This document shows, one piece after another, positions 26,683 through 35,387 of a DNA stretch of 46,915 bases (position 1 is the stretch's first letter; every line of letters begins with the position of its first letter). The notes beneath the pieces were generated by a model. The model was not told the origin of the DNA. It did not search any database and saw nothing but the letters and a program-made list of their open reading frames with translations. The stretch spans positions 1 to 46,915 of the IMG/VR virus record IMGVR_UViG_3300048913_000051. The stretch is one strand, 5' to 3'. The stretch is from a virus. The position numbers and the translations under genes were made by a program.

Positions 26683-27795
26683 TTACCCCTGCTTGAAGCG
26701 AGTAGTGAGAGTGGAAGGCGCGGCGTCCTGGGCGATATCGCGCACTGGCTTGACGTCACGCTGCATGGCGACCAGAGCCTTCAGGCCGGCTTCGTTGATG
26801 CCGTCGCAGGCAATGCCTTTCTGCTTCAGCGCGTAGGCATAGATCGCCACGGCGTCCGGGAAGCTGTCGCAGGCGATACGGCCGACGATGCTTTCGACAG
26901 CGTCACGGGCGGCGTATTTGGATTCGATCTTGGCGCCGACAGCGGCGACAATGGAGTCAGCATCCATGGCAGTGCTTTTGGACTTCTCGTCCTTCTTGTC
27001 GTCGGCTTCATCTTCGGCGACAGGGGCCTTTTTAGGCTCTTTGTCGTCTTTGTCGTCAGCTTCGTCTTCTGCGGTCAGGAGATCAGGATCGCCATCAGCT
27101 CCGATCAGCTTGTCCATCTCTTCATCGCCGACGATGGCGCGAAGGGCCTTTTCCATTTCAGGGGTTACACCGTCTTGCGCTGTAGAACGCAGCCGGGCAG
27201 TAATCAGCGCCAAAGCGCTTTTCTTAAGTTTCATGTTGGACCTCATTTCAAGGGGTAGTGAGTCGCTAATTACTGCGTCCCGGCCGATTCTACCACGCTC
27301 AACCAGCGCAAGATGGTTGCCGTGGATGTTGCGCATTACACCATCATAATGCTTGCCTTCGAATTCACCGGGCGTCATGACCGGATCGAAGTAGTAGGAG
27401 TAAGACAGCTGCTCCATCTTTTCGGATTCGATAAGGGCGATTGCCTCATCATCCCAGAACGTGAGGTCAGCGAAGAGTTTGCCGTCCTCATACGAAATGT
27501 CGGAGCCAATAGCGCCGACAGTTAGTTCTTTCTCAGGGGTCTTTGAATCGACGTAGATGTGTTTGAAGAGGATCTGCTTCCCCTTGGCGGTGTCGGCAGT
27601 TCTTTCGAGTTCGGCAGGGTCGCGCAGCATCTGATAGATGCGGTCAGGCTCCAGGCCAAGCGCTTCGAAGCCTGGGATCTCGCGACCGAAATAAGGATCG
27701 ATCTGAGCCTTGCTGATGACCGTACGCGCAATGCGCAAGTGCCCGCTCTCATCGATAGAGCGCACGGAAGAGTCGAAGGCGATGTTTCTTGTCAC
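26683..27795 (-). CDS. Prohead protease/scaffold (DUF2213-like)
   Basis: GTG start with GAGG SD. N-terminal domain plus an acidic EDEADDKDDKE C-terminal half. Confidence 0.75.
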   Translation of the reverse strand: MTRNIAFDSSVRSIDESGHLRIARTVISKAQIDPYFGREIPGFEALGLEPDRIYQMLRDPAELERTADTAKGKQILFKHIYVDSKTPEKELTVGAIGSDISYEDGKLFADLTFWDDEAIALIESEKMEQLSYSYYFDPVMTPGEFEGKHYDGVMRNIHGNHLALVERGRIGRDAVISDSLPLEMRSNMKLKKSALALITARLRSTAQDGVTPEMEKALRAIVGDEEMDKLIGADGDPDLLTAEDEADDKDDKEPKKAPVAEDEADDKKDEKSKSTAMDADSIVAAVGAKIESKYAARDAVESIVGRIACDSFPDAVAIYAYALKQKGIACDGINEAGLKALVAMQRDVKPVRDIAQDAAPSTLTTRFKQG

Positions 27796-27838
27796 GGCAA
27801 AACCTCGTCGGTCATAAGTGCCACTGTATAACTATACA

Positions 27839-28618
27839 CTACCATTCCAGCACGCTACTACTGGTGCAGCCACAGTTGATGGCTTGGCCTGGCAGCACCC
27901 ATTCGCCATCGAGATACATGCCCTTATCAATGTCGAACTCTTTGCCGTTCGCCTTGACGTGTGACTGGCGCGGTTCTTTGGCTGCGGCAGAGTGGCGCCA
28001 TATGGCTTTCTTGATGCCAAGCTCTTGCCGGCGCGCCTGCTCCATGACGGCGTGGACTTTATTGCTCTGGTCGCGAGCGATGAGTTTCGCCCGGTTGCGA
28101 CCGATGTGATAGGCGTGCTCGAGGTTGTCGGTCAGCGTCTTCAGGTCGAATCCGGCCTCGACCGACTCCCAAACGTATTTCTGCACGTCGCCCAGGTACT
28201 CGCCGGGGATCGACTTAATCAGGCCGACGTTGACGCCAACAGAGGCGCGCATGGCCTCCTTGGTTGCGGGGGTCAGCTGCAGGTTGACGGCAAAACCGGA
28301 CTTCTTGAGCGTTGCGCTCAATCCGCGATCCAGTGCCCCGGCAGTCTGCCCAACGAATCGCCGCGCCATCTTCTGCGGCAAGTCGTTCAGGCTGGTCATC
28401 CACTTGGCAATGATGGCGTCGATCACGCGACCGAGGATGTCCCGCGCCGCGTCCATGGCCACCGGCTGCGGCGCCTGCCAATTGTGGGCGACCGCCTGCA
28501 TCACCTCGTTGCGCGCGCTGCGCAGGAGGCGAGCCAGTTCGGAATGGTAGGCAGCCCGAATCCCAGCGTTAGGCCGGAAGTCGGGCAGGACTACGCGCTT
28601 GCGCTTGAAGGTCGTCAC
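27839..28618 (-). CDS. Head morphogenesis protein (SPP1 gp7 / Mu F-like)
   Basis: The C-terminal ...SHVKANGKEF...PGQAINCGC pattern is typical of the family. Follows the portal gene. Confidence 0.8.
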   Translation of the reverse strand: MTTFKRKRVVLPDFRPNAGIRAAYHSELARLLRSARNEVMQAVAHNWQAPQPVAMDAARDILGRVIDAIIAKWMTSLNDLPQKMARRFVGQTAGALDRGLSATLKKSGFAVNLQLTPATKEAMRASVGVNVGLIKSIPGEYLGDVQKYVWESVEAGFDLKTLTDNLEHAYHIGRNRAKLIARDQSNKVHAVMEQARRQELGIKKAIWRHSAAAKEPRQSHVKANGKEFDIDKGMYLDGEWVLPGQAINCGCTSSSVLEW

Positions 28619-30216
28619 GCATCAAGGCCCTCATCAGAACCTTCGCTGGACGCATCATCCACGCCCTGGACTTCCGGCACATCGTCTACGTCAATCCCGT
28701 TGAACGGGCTCTGCTCGTCCTTGGACAGCGTCACGCGCGCCTCTTGAGGGGACACAATGGAAGCCTCTATCAGCTGCTTGGCATTCCGGCCCTTGGTCTC
28801 TTGTACCTGGGCAAGCTCAAGCTCGTTTAGCTGATAGAGCGGGTTGAACTCCCACTTGATGGCCGGGTCAATCTCCCCGAACAGATTCAACTGAATCAGG
28901 TCGGAGAAGGTCTTGATCAGCGGGCGGACGTGCGCCTCGTTCTGCGCCATCAGGTAATCGTAATAGACGCGGATCTCGCCATCGCTGCTTGCGTTTAGAC
29001 CGGCAGGCGTGGCCCCGGTCAGCTTCACAAGCGGCGTGTGGCTTGGTCCGGCCATCTGCTCCTGAGCCTTGGTCAGCAGGTCCGGCAGGCTGGTCAGCGG
29101 GGTGTTGATCTGATCAATCACCTCACTTTCCTTGTCCAACAGCATTAGTCCGGAGTTTTCGCGGAAGCGGTTGAAGATCCCGGCACGCAGCCACAGGTTA
29201 GCGTCGCTCTCACCGTTAGCCAGAATGCCGCTCATGTCGGTAGACAGGATGGTCAGGCTGAACGCCTGTACGATCTGGGCCACGCTGTCGGCGGTGCGCT
29301 GGTAGCGTTCGACGTAGGGCTTCATCAACTGGAACATCGAGATGCCGCCGAAGTTGTAGGCAGGCTTCAGGATATCCGGTACTGGACGCATAACCAGTGT
29401 CATCAGGCGATCAGCATGCACTTGCTTGCCCAGCACGAACCACTGGCTTGGGACGTAGAAGTCCGCCTCGGTCGGATCGTTGGCGTTGTACACGCTCGGC
29501 GTGGACCACATCGGTTCAATCAGGCGGAACCCTTTTAGATCCCCCTTTTTCACGCTGACCTTGTCCATCAGGAAGGGCAGCTTGTCGTCCTTGTGATCCA
29601 GCTTGATGTAGATCTGGGCGCGGCCCATGCCAAGCTCAACCTCGATAGCCTTGCGCACCAGGCCGCGAACATTGTGCTGCTCGAAAGCGTCGTTGATCTG
29701 GTTGATTTTGTTCTGTCGTGCCGAGGCTTTCTCTTCCTCCTGTATCTTGAAGGCTTCAAGCTGGGCGTCAGTCAGGTCTGATCCGCTGTCGGCGTCCGGG
29801 TCATCTATCTTGAAGCGGCCCCACTCGCGGGTCATCTCGGTGGCGGTCGTCTCGGCCACGGCGCGGTAATCGCTCGACTGGCTCATGGCGGCCAGGACCG
29901 GATAGCCAGGGAAGGTGCCGTAGAAGTTCGGAATGCCAACAGAGGCGTAGTCATAGATCGACTGACAGCTATCCATGGCCACTGCGGGCTTCTGGTCGGC
30001 CGGCACCACCTCACGCATCAGCACGGGCGCGGCAAGCCTGACCGGCACGTCTGCATCAGCCTTGCGCGTTTGTTCGTCCTGCATCATGCGGATGATGGTG
30101 CGCTGCTGCTTCAGCTTGCGGTCTTCGATGTCGGCCTGTTTCTCGGCCAACTCAAGTTCGCGCTCTCTCAGCTCTGCTTCTTTGCGGCGGCGCTTGCGGC
30201 CAAGTAGATCGATCAT
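28615..30216 (-). CDS. Portal protein (DUF1073-type)
   Basis: 533 aa. LTGATPAGLNASSDGEIRVYYDY block. Follows the large terminase gene. Confidence 0.9.
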   Translation of the reverse strand: MIDLLGRKRRRKEAELRERELELAEKQADIEDRKLKQQRTIIRMMQDEQTRKADADVPVRLAAPVLMREVVPADQKPAVAMDSCQSIYDYASVGIPNFYGTFPGYPVLAAMSQSSDYRAVAETTATEMTREWGRFKIDDPDADSGSDLTDAQLEAFKIQEEEKASARQNKINQINDAFEQHNVRGLVRKAIEVELGMGRAQIYIKLDHKDDKLPFLMDKVSVKKGDLKGFRLIEPMWSTPSVYNANDPTEADFYVPSQWFVLGKQVHADRLMTLVMRPVPDILKPAYNFGGISMFQLMKPYVERYQRTADSVAQIVQAFSLTILSTDMSGILANGESDANLWLRAGIFNRFRENSGLMLLDKESEVIDQINTPLTSLPDLLTKAQEQMAGPSHTPLVKLTGATPAGLNASSDGEIRVYYDYLMAQNEAHVRPLIKTFSDLIQLNLFGEIDPAIKWEFNPLYQLNELELAQVQETKGRNAKQLIEASIVSPQEARVTLSKDEQSPFNGIDVDDVPEVQGVDDASSEGSDEGLDA

Positions 30217-31613
30217 CTTGATTGATTCTCTGCGTTGATGTTCAGGCCGCGACGGATCGGAGCGTAGGCCATTATGAAGGCGTCGGCCAAGTTAGGGCTC
30301 GGCACTTCGCGCTTTTTGAGGTCCGATTTAGATTCTACCTTTACCCGGCCGTTCGTGTCGAAGTCCCGCAGAGGAATAGATAACTCCATCTTCAGCTTTT
30401 CCAGGTGGGTGATCTGGCTATCGATGCTTATTAGGTCCTCAATCTTGAAAGTCGGCGGCACCGTCCCATTCTTGATCGACTGCACTACCTGGAAGGTGAG
30501 CCGGAACCGGTCGGCCACTTGCCACCACATCTGCGCTTTGATGTTGCTGAAGAAGTCCTTGTTCTTGATCTTCCCCTCATAGATCGCATCCGGCCGCATC
30601 ACCTTTCCGCCAGCGTTGAAGCCGTCATGCGTAACTCGGTTGTTCGGATGGCTCACATTCAGCTCGTTGAGCTTGGAGCCGGCAAAGGCACCTACGCCAA
30701 TCGAGTCATAGATGACGTGAGCGCCTGCCTTCTGCGCGCTGTGGTAGGCTCGAGTGCACGACTTGAGGATCTGGTCCTCTTGTCCTTCCCACTCGTCTGT
30801 TGAGCGAGTCACCGACCCAATGCGAAGGATCGTCGCGCACTTGTCGTCACCATCATCAGCCACGTCAAAGCCTAGCGTTGCGCGGCCATCCTCAAGACCT
30901 GGAATCAGAAGGTGAGCATCAATAGCCGCCTCGACCCACGATGCCTTGATAACAGAACTGTCGTCGTCCGCCCGCGGCTTGCCCAGATACACATGGTCAA
31001 ACGTCTCAGGACTGCGGACGCGGTGCGCCTCGATAACCTTCAGGATCGTTTTGCTCAGAAATGGATTGTCCGTGTAGTTGATCTGCTTGACGATGGTGTC
31101 GGGCGGCGTATTCACAACGAAGTTCCGCCACACGAAGTCGCTGACCAGCTTTCCATTAAATATCAGCCAGCACTCGGAGTTGTCTTTTCGAATTGTTGGT
31201 TCAAGAATCTCCCATTGCGTGGCGTTCAGCCCGTGACTTTCCTCAGACCAAAGCACGTCGACGCTCTCCACCGACTTGATCTCTTCGGTATGGCGCCATA
31301 GGCCGTAGAAAATGAACTCGGCGCCAGTGACCTTGTGGATAATCTTGTTGTCGAGGATGCGGAAGCGATGGCGCAGGCCGAATCGATCGATCTGGATCTT
31401 GAGCAGCGCGTAGACCGACTCCTCGATCTTGTTTTGGATCTGGCGCACGCAGAGGAACTTGAGCTTGTAGTTGTCGGCCAGGCGTATCGCGTGCCCCGCC
31501 GCATCCCATGACTTCGAAGAGGACCGGCCTCCGTGCAAGATCTTGTTCCTAGCTGGAGTCTCCCAGAACTCGCGCAGGAACGGATTAAGCGTCGGCGCTT
31601 GCAATGTCTGCAT
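30213..31613 (-). CDS. terL: Terminase large subunit
   Basis: Walker A GGRSSSKS. ATG at 31613 (MQTLQAP) behind GAGGAA. The ORF-track start at 31700 overlaps terS by 116 nt. Confidence 0.9.
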   Translation of the reverse strand: MQTLQAPTLNPFLREFWETPARNKILHGGRSSSKSWDAAGHAIRLADNYKLKFLCVRQIQNKIEESVYALLKIQIDRFGLRHRFRILDNKIIHKVTGAEFIFYGLWRHTEEIKSVESVDVLWSEESHGLNATQWEILEPTIRKDNSECWLIFNGKLVSDFVWRNFVVNTPPDTIVKQINYTDNPFLSKTILKVIEAHRVRSPETFDHVYLGKPRADDDSSVIKASWVEAAIDAHLLIPGLEDGRATLGFDVADDGDDKCATILRIGSVTRSTDEWEGQEDQILKSCTRAYHSAQKAGAHVIYDSIGVGAFAGSKLNELNVSHPNNRVTHDGFNAGGKVMRPDAIYEGKIKNKDFFSNIKAQMWWQVADRFRLTFQVVQSIKNGTVPPTFKIEDLISIDSQITHLEKLKMELSIPLRDFDTNGRVKVESKSDLKKREVPSPNLADAFIMAYAPIRRGLNINAENQSR

Positions 31614-32223
31614 AGAAATCGCCCATTCCTCTTGGTGTGCCGCCAGATGGGTCGCCACCCTGCTCCGGGACAATGTCGTATGCCTGGCGCTCAAGGCCAA
31701 CCAGCGTCTTCAGCGTCTCGGCCAATTCCTTCATGGTCTTGGTGCGATTCGGCAGGGCGCTTACCTTTTTGGCCAGAGCCAGAACGTCAGCCATGGCATC
31801 GCCGTCTTCGTGGTCGCCATCCTTGAACTTGGTGATCAGCTCTTTGATCGTGCCCTGCTCGTCAGTGAGAGCCTCAAGCTCATCCAGCAGCTTGTTGGTC
31901 ATGCGCCGGGCGCGGGCAATATCGCCGCGGTGCGCCATCCTGACGTCAGCCACATGCTCGGCATTGCCGTCGATGATCTCTCGCTCGGTTTCCACTGATC
32001 TACTGGCAACCTGACTGGCAACCTCTCGTTTGGCAACCAGTGCATCTGCCTTGGCGTGGATCTTCGCCTTAAGGTCTCGCTCCCACCCGTGGGTCTTGGC
32101 GCGCTTCTGAATGGCGGTGTGCGAAACACCTGCATATCCGGCTATCTCGCGAACAGAGAGAATGCCAGCTCGATAATCCTTCTCGATCCGCTCCCAGTCT
32201 GGAGCCTTCTTTGCCTCGGTCAT
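31585..32223 (-). CDS. terS: Terminase small subunit
   Basis: N-terminal HTH (ILSVREIAGYAGVSHTAIQKRAK). Lies directly upstream of terL. Confidence 0.8.
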   Translation of the reverse strand: MTEAKKAPDWERIEKDYRAGILSVREIAGYAGVSHTAIQKRAKTHGWERDLKAKIHAKADALVAKREVASQVASRSVETEREIIDGNAEHVADVRMAHRGDIARARRMTNKLLDELEALTDEQGTIKELITKFKDGDHEDGDAMADVLALAKKVSALPNRTKTMKELAETLKTLVGLERQAYDIVPEQGGDPSGGTPRGMGDFYADIASADA

Positions 32224-32242
32224 TGCTTACTACGCCTTATGG

Positions 32243-32566
32243 TCAATCCTTCATCGCTTCCATGCACCGGTTGTAGTTCCACTGACTGAACCACCTTGCG
32301 TTGGTTTGCGGCGGGAACCAATTGGTCATGGAGACGGTTTCTCGCATGTAGGTGCGAAGCTGCTTCTGTTCGATCTGGCTGGCTTCTTCGTACAGGTATT
32401 CGATGGGCTCGCCGAGGTTGCGCCGTGCCATGATGATGTTGGACATCGCGCCGACGATCAGGCAGAACTTCTCGGGCTGCTGGTCGATGTTGTCGGGGAT
32501 CTTGCCGGCCATTACCGGCTGGCACCAGGCCGCGACAACCAATGCTGCTACTGCAAAACGTTTCAT
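32243..32566 (-). CDS. Secreted small protein (signal peptide MKRFAVAALVVAAWCQPVMA)
   Basis: ATG at 32566 with GGCGGAG upstream. Hydrophobic N-terminus. Confidence 0.55.
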   Translation of the reverse strand: MKRFAVAALVVAAWCQPVMAGKIPDNIDQQPEKFCLIVGAMSNIIMARRNLGEPIEYLYEEASQIEQKQLRTYMRETVSMTNWFPPQTNARWFSQWNYNRCMEAMKD

Positions 32567-32618
32567 AAACATAACTCCGCCAAGGGTTGGTTTTTCCGCA
32601 CCACAAAACCGATTCATC

Positions 32619-32936
32619 TCAATTTGTGGCGCGCACGCACAGTAGCCGGCCAAGGATGCGGGCGACATTGCCGCGCTCCAAGATTGCCAGCACTAACAGG
32701 ATAAACAGGACGATGGTTGCTAGGGGATGAGCTTCTGGCCAGATCTTGTAAAGGATGATTGATCCCATCACCTCAATCCATTGTGCTCCGGCCGTGGCGG
32801 CGATGAAAAAGGCCACCAGGCTGGGGAAAAGCTTGTACCTGGCGCCATTGCGTTGGTACATGAACGCCACAACGAAACAGAGGCTCCCGCAGAGCATGGC
32901 GTAAAGCAGTGTGTGCGCGTGGGATAGACTCATCAA
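32619..32936 (-). CDS. Membrane protein, holin candidate (3 TM)
   Basis: Three hydrophobic segments and a charged C-terminus. Confidence 0.65.
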   Translation of the reverse strand: MMSLSHAHTLLYAMLCGSLCFVVAFMYQRNGARYKLFPSLVAFFIAATAGAQWIEVMGSIILYKIWPEAHPLATIVLFILLVLAILERGNVARILGRLLCVRATN

Positions 32937-33319
32937 TCATTTCTCCGAGGGAGAAGTCGTCCGAGGGCTGAAGGCAGATCGGTGAGCCACTTGGGCAGCT
33001 TCCCGGTTTTAAAGGATTCGAGGATGCTGATGCTTACCAGGACAGTGACAAGCCCGCAGGCAAAGGCGGCGATTCCGCTGGTCTTGGTCCAGGCCTGAGC
33101 CAGAACTTCAGCGGCGGCGTAGTAGCCACCGATCCACCCGGCGAGCAAGTATCCGACCCGCTGGGCCGCGCTCAGTTCCTTGGCCCACAGGACAAAGATT
33201 AGCGCGCCTACGAACGAGCACACAACCGCGTTCAGGTCGATCTGAGGCAGGCAGCTTGCAACAGCAACCCCGGTGAACCCGACAGCGGTACAAGCTACTG
33301 GGGTGGCGACATCGGCCAT
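32933..33319 (-). CDS. Membrane protein, holin/antiholin candidate
   Basis: ATG at 33319 behind AAAGGA. Multiple TM segments. Confidence 0.6.
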   Translation of the reverse strand: MADVATPVACTAVGFTGVAVASCLPQIDLNAVVCSFVGALIFVLWAKELSAAQRVGYLLAGWIGGYYAAAEVLAQAWTKTSGIAAFACGLVTVLVSISILESFKTGKLPKWLTDLPSALGRLLPRRND

Positions 33320-33329
33320 AATCAGTCCT

Positions 33330-33593
33330 TTAGTGTTTGTAGCGGAAGTGTGAGGGTGAGCTTTTATCGGCGCCGTCAACCAGATTCGACGCCGAGAAAA
33401 TCACAATGCCCGCGCTGAGCGCAAAAGCGAGCACTGCAGCAAACCCTTCATGCCTCGAACCATCGGTTCTTTTTAGGCCCTGAATAATGAAAACGCAAGC
33501 CAAGAACACGTTGGCGCTGATGTCCCGATTCATCGAGTAACTGGCTAGTGCCAGTGAGAAAGCGAGACAGCTCCAAGCGGTAGACGGTTTCAT
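33330..33593 (-). CDS. Small membrane protein, first gene of the late operon
   Basis: ORF track. Three hydrophobic stretches. Confidence 0.55.
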   Translation of the reverse strand: MKPSTAWSCLAFSLALASYSMNRDISANVFLACVFIIQGLKRTDGSRHEGFAAVLAFALSAGIVIFSASNLVDGADKSSPSHFRYKH

Positions 33594-33623
33594 TCTCGAC
33601 CCTTCGAATTTGCGTGTTGGTTG

Positions 33624-33663
33624 ATTGTATGCGCTCTGGATTCGTTCGTCATGTCAATATGAC
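33624..33663 (-). promoter_or_regulatory. Candidate late promoter (ATGACG-17-TACAAT) with overlapping inverted repeat GTCATattgacATGAC
   Basis: Hexamers and the 5-bp inverted arms read on the minus strand, between the terminator and the first late gene. Confidence 0.3.
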
Positions 33664-33684
33664 ACTTAGCGGATTGACGGCCAT

Positions 33685-33718
33685 AAAAAATCCCGCGTGT
33701 TTTAAGTGCGGGATTTTT
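33685..33718. terminator. Bidirectional rho-independent terminator
   Basis: A6-ATCCCGC-11 nt-GCGGGAT-T5. Confidence 0.75.
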
Positions 33719-33740
33719 CCAGGCCGAGGCCATCCAGGAT

Positions 33741-34088
33741 TTATACGTTGATTGCGGCCGGCCAATCTGGCGTAGCCATCGGTACAGCGCTAGTCATGCC
33801 GAAGTGGTTGCTCAAAGCGATCAGGTTGGACTTGATGGGGCTGGAACTGGCATCACTACCCGTTCGCCACTGAGCCAGGGTCAGATCGTGCTTCACGGAC
33901 TGAGCCGCGAACGACTGAACGTCGCCAATGACAAATCCGGCGACATACTCAACACGCTCGGCTGCATACGCCCCGAACGAACCCAGGCACATCGCCAAGG
34001 CCAAACCGATAAAACTCAGACAGCGCTTGATAATCATCCTTTGAATCTCCATTGCAATGGTACATCGATAGGCCTCGGAATTTTTCAT
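33741..34088 (-). CDS. Secreted or membrane-anchored moron protein (115 aa)
   Basis: GGAG SD. Hydrophobic LSFIGLALAMCLGSFGAYA segment. Bracketed by the tRNA array and the terminator. Confidence 0.6.
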   Translation of the reverse strand: MKNSEAYRCTIAMEIQRMIIKRCLSFIGLALAMCLGSFGAYAAERVEYVAGFVIGDVQSFAAQSVKHDLTLAQWRTGSDASSSPIKSNLIALSNHFGMTSAVPMATPDWPAAINV

Positions 34089-34261
34089 GTGGCTCCGATT
34101 CCACCGAGACAGAGTTATCGACGCATCCCGCGCCGTCGGTTAATAGCACCGAACGCTCGACCGGGAAACTCCCAATCCTTGCCACCAGAAGCTAACAGGA
34201 TTTCAGGTCCTGCGCTGGCATTGTCGCTGGTGGTTGATGTAGATGGCCGGTGCTTATCTCC

Positions 34262-34334
34262 GGCTTTGAATGGGTGGATTCGAACCACCGACGCGCCTTT
34301 TGCGAGGCCGCTCTACCACCTGAGCTACAAACTC
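34262..34334 (-). ncRNA. Degenerate tRNA-like element (good D- and T-arms, no acceptor or anticodon pairing)
   Basis: Minus strand: TAGCTCAGGTGGTAGAGC and GGTGGTTCGAATCCACC are present. GAGTTTG versus CATTCAA gives only 3 pairs. Confidence 0.35.
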
Positions 34335-34633
34335 ACGATCCAGTCACCCGGCGATCAACCCGGTCACCTTTCACGCTTAGCCAATCAGCCTTGGCATTCA
34401 TCTGCATCCGTGTACCGCCTGCTGCTGTGGCCAGGTCCGCCTTGCGCCCGAACTGGGTTCATACAGTTCGATTGCGCGCCTCGCCGCATGTGTCAGCCTT
34501 TCGGCTCGCGAGGCATTACCTTACAGCTCGACGCCCTTAGACCCTTACGGGAACTGGCGGTACACGGATAAAGACGATTTCCGCATGTGCGGGCTGGCGG
34601 AAGCTGTTCTCCGCGTCGCTGGCGTTGGTTGTG

Positions 34634-34703
34634 TGGAGCGGATACAGGGAATCGAACCCTGATTGTAAGCTTGGAAGGCTAACTAGCGACCTGCGCTACC
34701 CGC
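34634..34703 (-). tRNA. tRNA-Gly(TCC)-like, 70 nt, with a truncated D-arm
   Basis: Acceptor GCGGGTA/TATCCGC, anticodon loop CTTCCAA, T-arm CAGGG-TTCGATT-CCCTG, CCA encoded. Only 14 nt where about 19 are expected for positions 8-26. Confidence 0.55.
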
Positions 34704-34797
34704 TTGGCTCCGAGGCACCTCCCCTCAGATGGTCAACTGCTTTTGGCTCCCTGAAGAATCTCAGATCTACGCCGCAGAGGGTTGACGCCCCATGCTC

Positions 34798-34873
34798 TGG
34801 CTGACACGGCTGGACTCGAACCAGCAACCTCGGAGTTAACAGCTCCGCGCACTACCAATTGTGCTACATGTCA
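34798..34873 (-). tRNA. tRNA-Asn(GTT), canonical 76-nt cloverleaf
   Basis: Acceptor TGACATG/CGTGTCA, D GCAC/GTGC, AC CGGAG-CTGTTAA-CTCCG, T GCTGG-TTCGAGT-CCAGC, G73, CCA. Confidence 0.9.
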
Positions 34874-34878
34874 AAAAC

Positions 34879-34955
34879 TGGTGCCGATACAGGGATTTGA
34901 ACCGAGGACCTTCCGCGTATGAAGCGGCTGCTCTACCTGACTGAGCTACATCGGC
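34879..34955 (-). tRNA. tRNA(CAT) Met/Ile2-type, 77 nt, with a weak T-stem
   Basis: Acceptor GCCGATG/TATCGGC, D GCTC/GAGC, loop TTCATAC. The T-stem CTCGG/CCCTG has 2 mismatches and there is a 27-43 mismatch. Confidence 0.6.
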
Positions 34956-34960
34956 GACTG

Positions 34961-35052
34961 CAGGCTTGCTGGGAGTCGAACCCGGAACGTATCGGGGCAG
35001 CGAGTATCCGATATCACTTTATCCGAGCGTGTACCATTTCCGCCACAAGCCT
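34961..35052 (-). ncRNA. 92-nt tRNA-like element (possible class II tRNA; anticodon arm unresolved)
   Basis: Acceptor AGGCTTG/CAAGCCT, D-like arm, T-arm CCGGG-TTCGACT-CCCAG. The 40-nt centre contains a direct repeat of TCGGATA and a TATCGG/CCGATA stem. No encoded CCA. Confidence 0.4.
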
Positions 35053-35106
35053 GCCGATCCAGTATAGAACAACCAACTTAACTCTGTGAAGCCCTTTTCA
35101 GAGCCT

Positions 35107-35280
35107 TTATCCGAACATCATAACCAGAGGGCCGGTCAGCGCCAGAGCCCAGCCGAGCAGGGCAATCGTCCTGATAAGCCGATAATCCTCATCCCTGGCC
35201 ACCCACAGATTCCAAAGCTCATGCTCTGTAGGCGACTTAATGTGGCCGCGAAACTTTCGTTGCATGTCTTCGTATTTCAT
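35107..35280 (-). CDS. Small membrane protein (57 aa)
   Basis: ATG at 35280 behind GAGGA. C-terminal TM IALLGWALALTGPLVMMF. Confidence 0.55.
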   Translation of the reverse strand: MKYEDMQRKFRGHIKSPTEHELWNLWVARDEDYRLIRTIALLGWALALTGPLVMMFG

Positions 35281-35387
35281 GACTTCAATCCTCGAGCAAT
35301 CCGGTCCCGGCGAATCAGGCGGCGGCAACCCTCAAGGCATCCTCCGCAGAGCAACAGCATGAATCCGACGTACAAGTGAATGATCAT
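35277..35387 (-). CDS. Possible 36-aa hydrophobic peptide, ATGA-coupled at both ends
   Basis: Hand translation MIIHLYVGFMLLLCGGCLEGCRRLIRRDRIARGLKS. Confidence 0.3.
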   Translation of the reverse strand: MIIHLYVGFMLLLCGGCLEGCRRLIRRDRIARGLKS

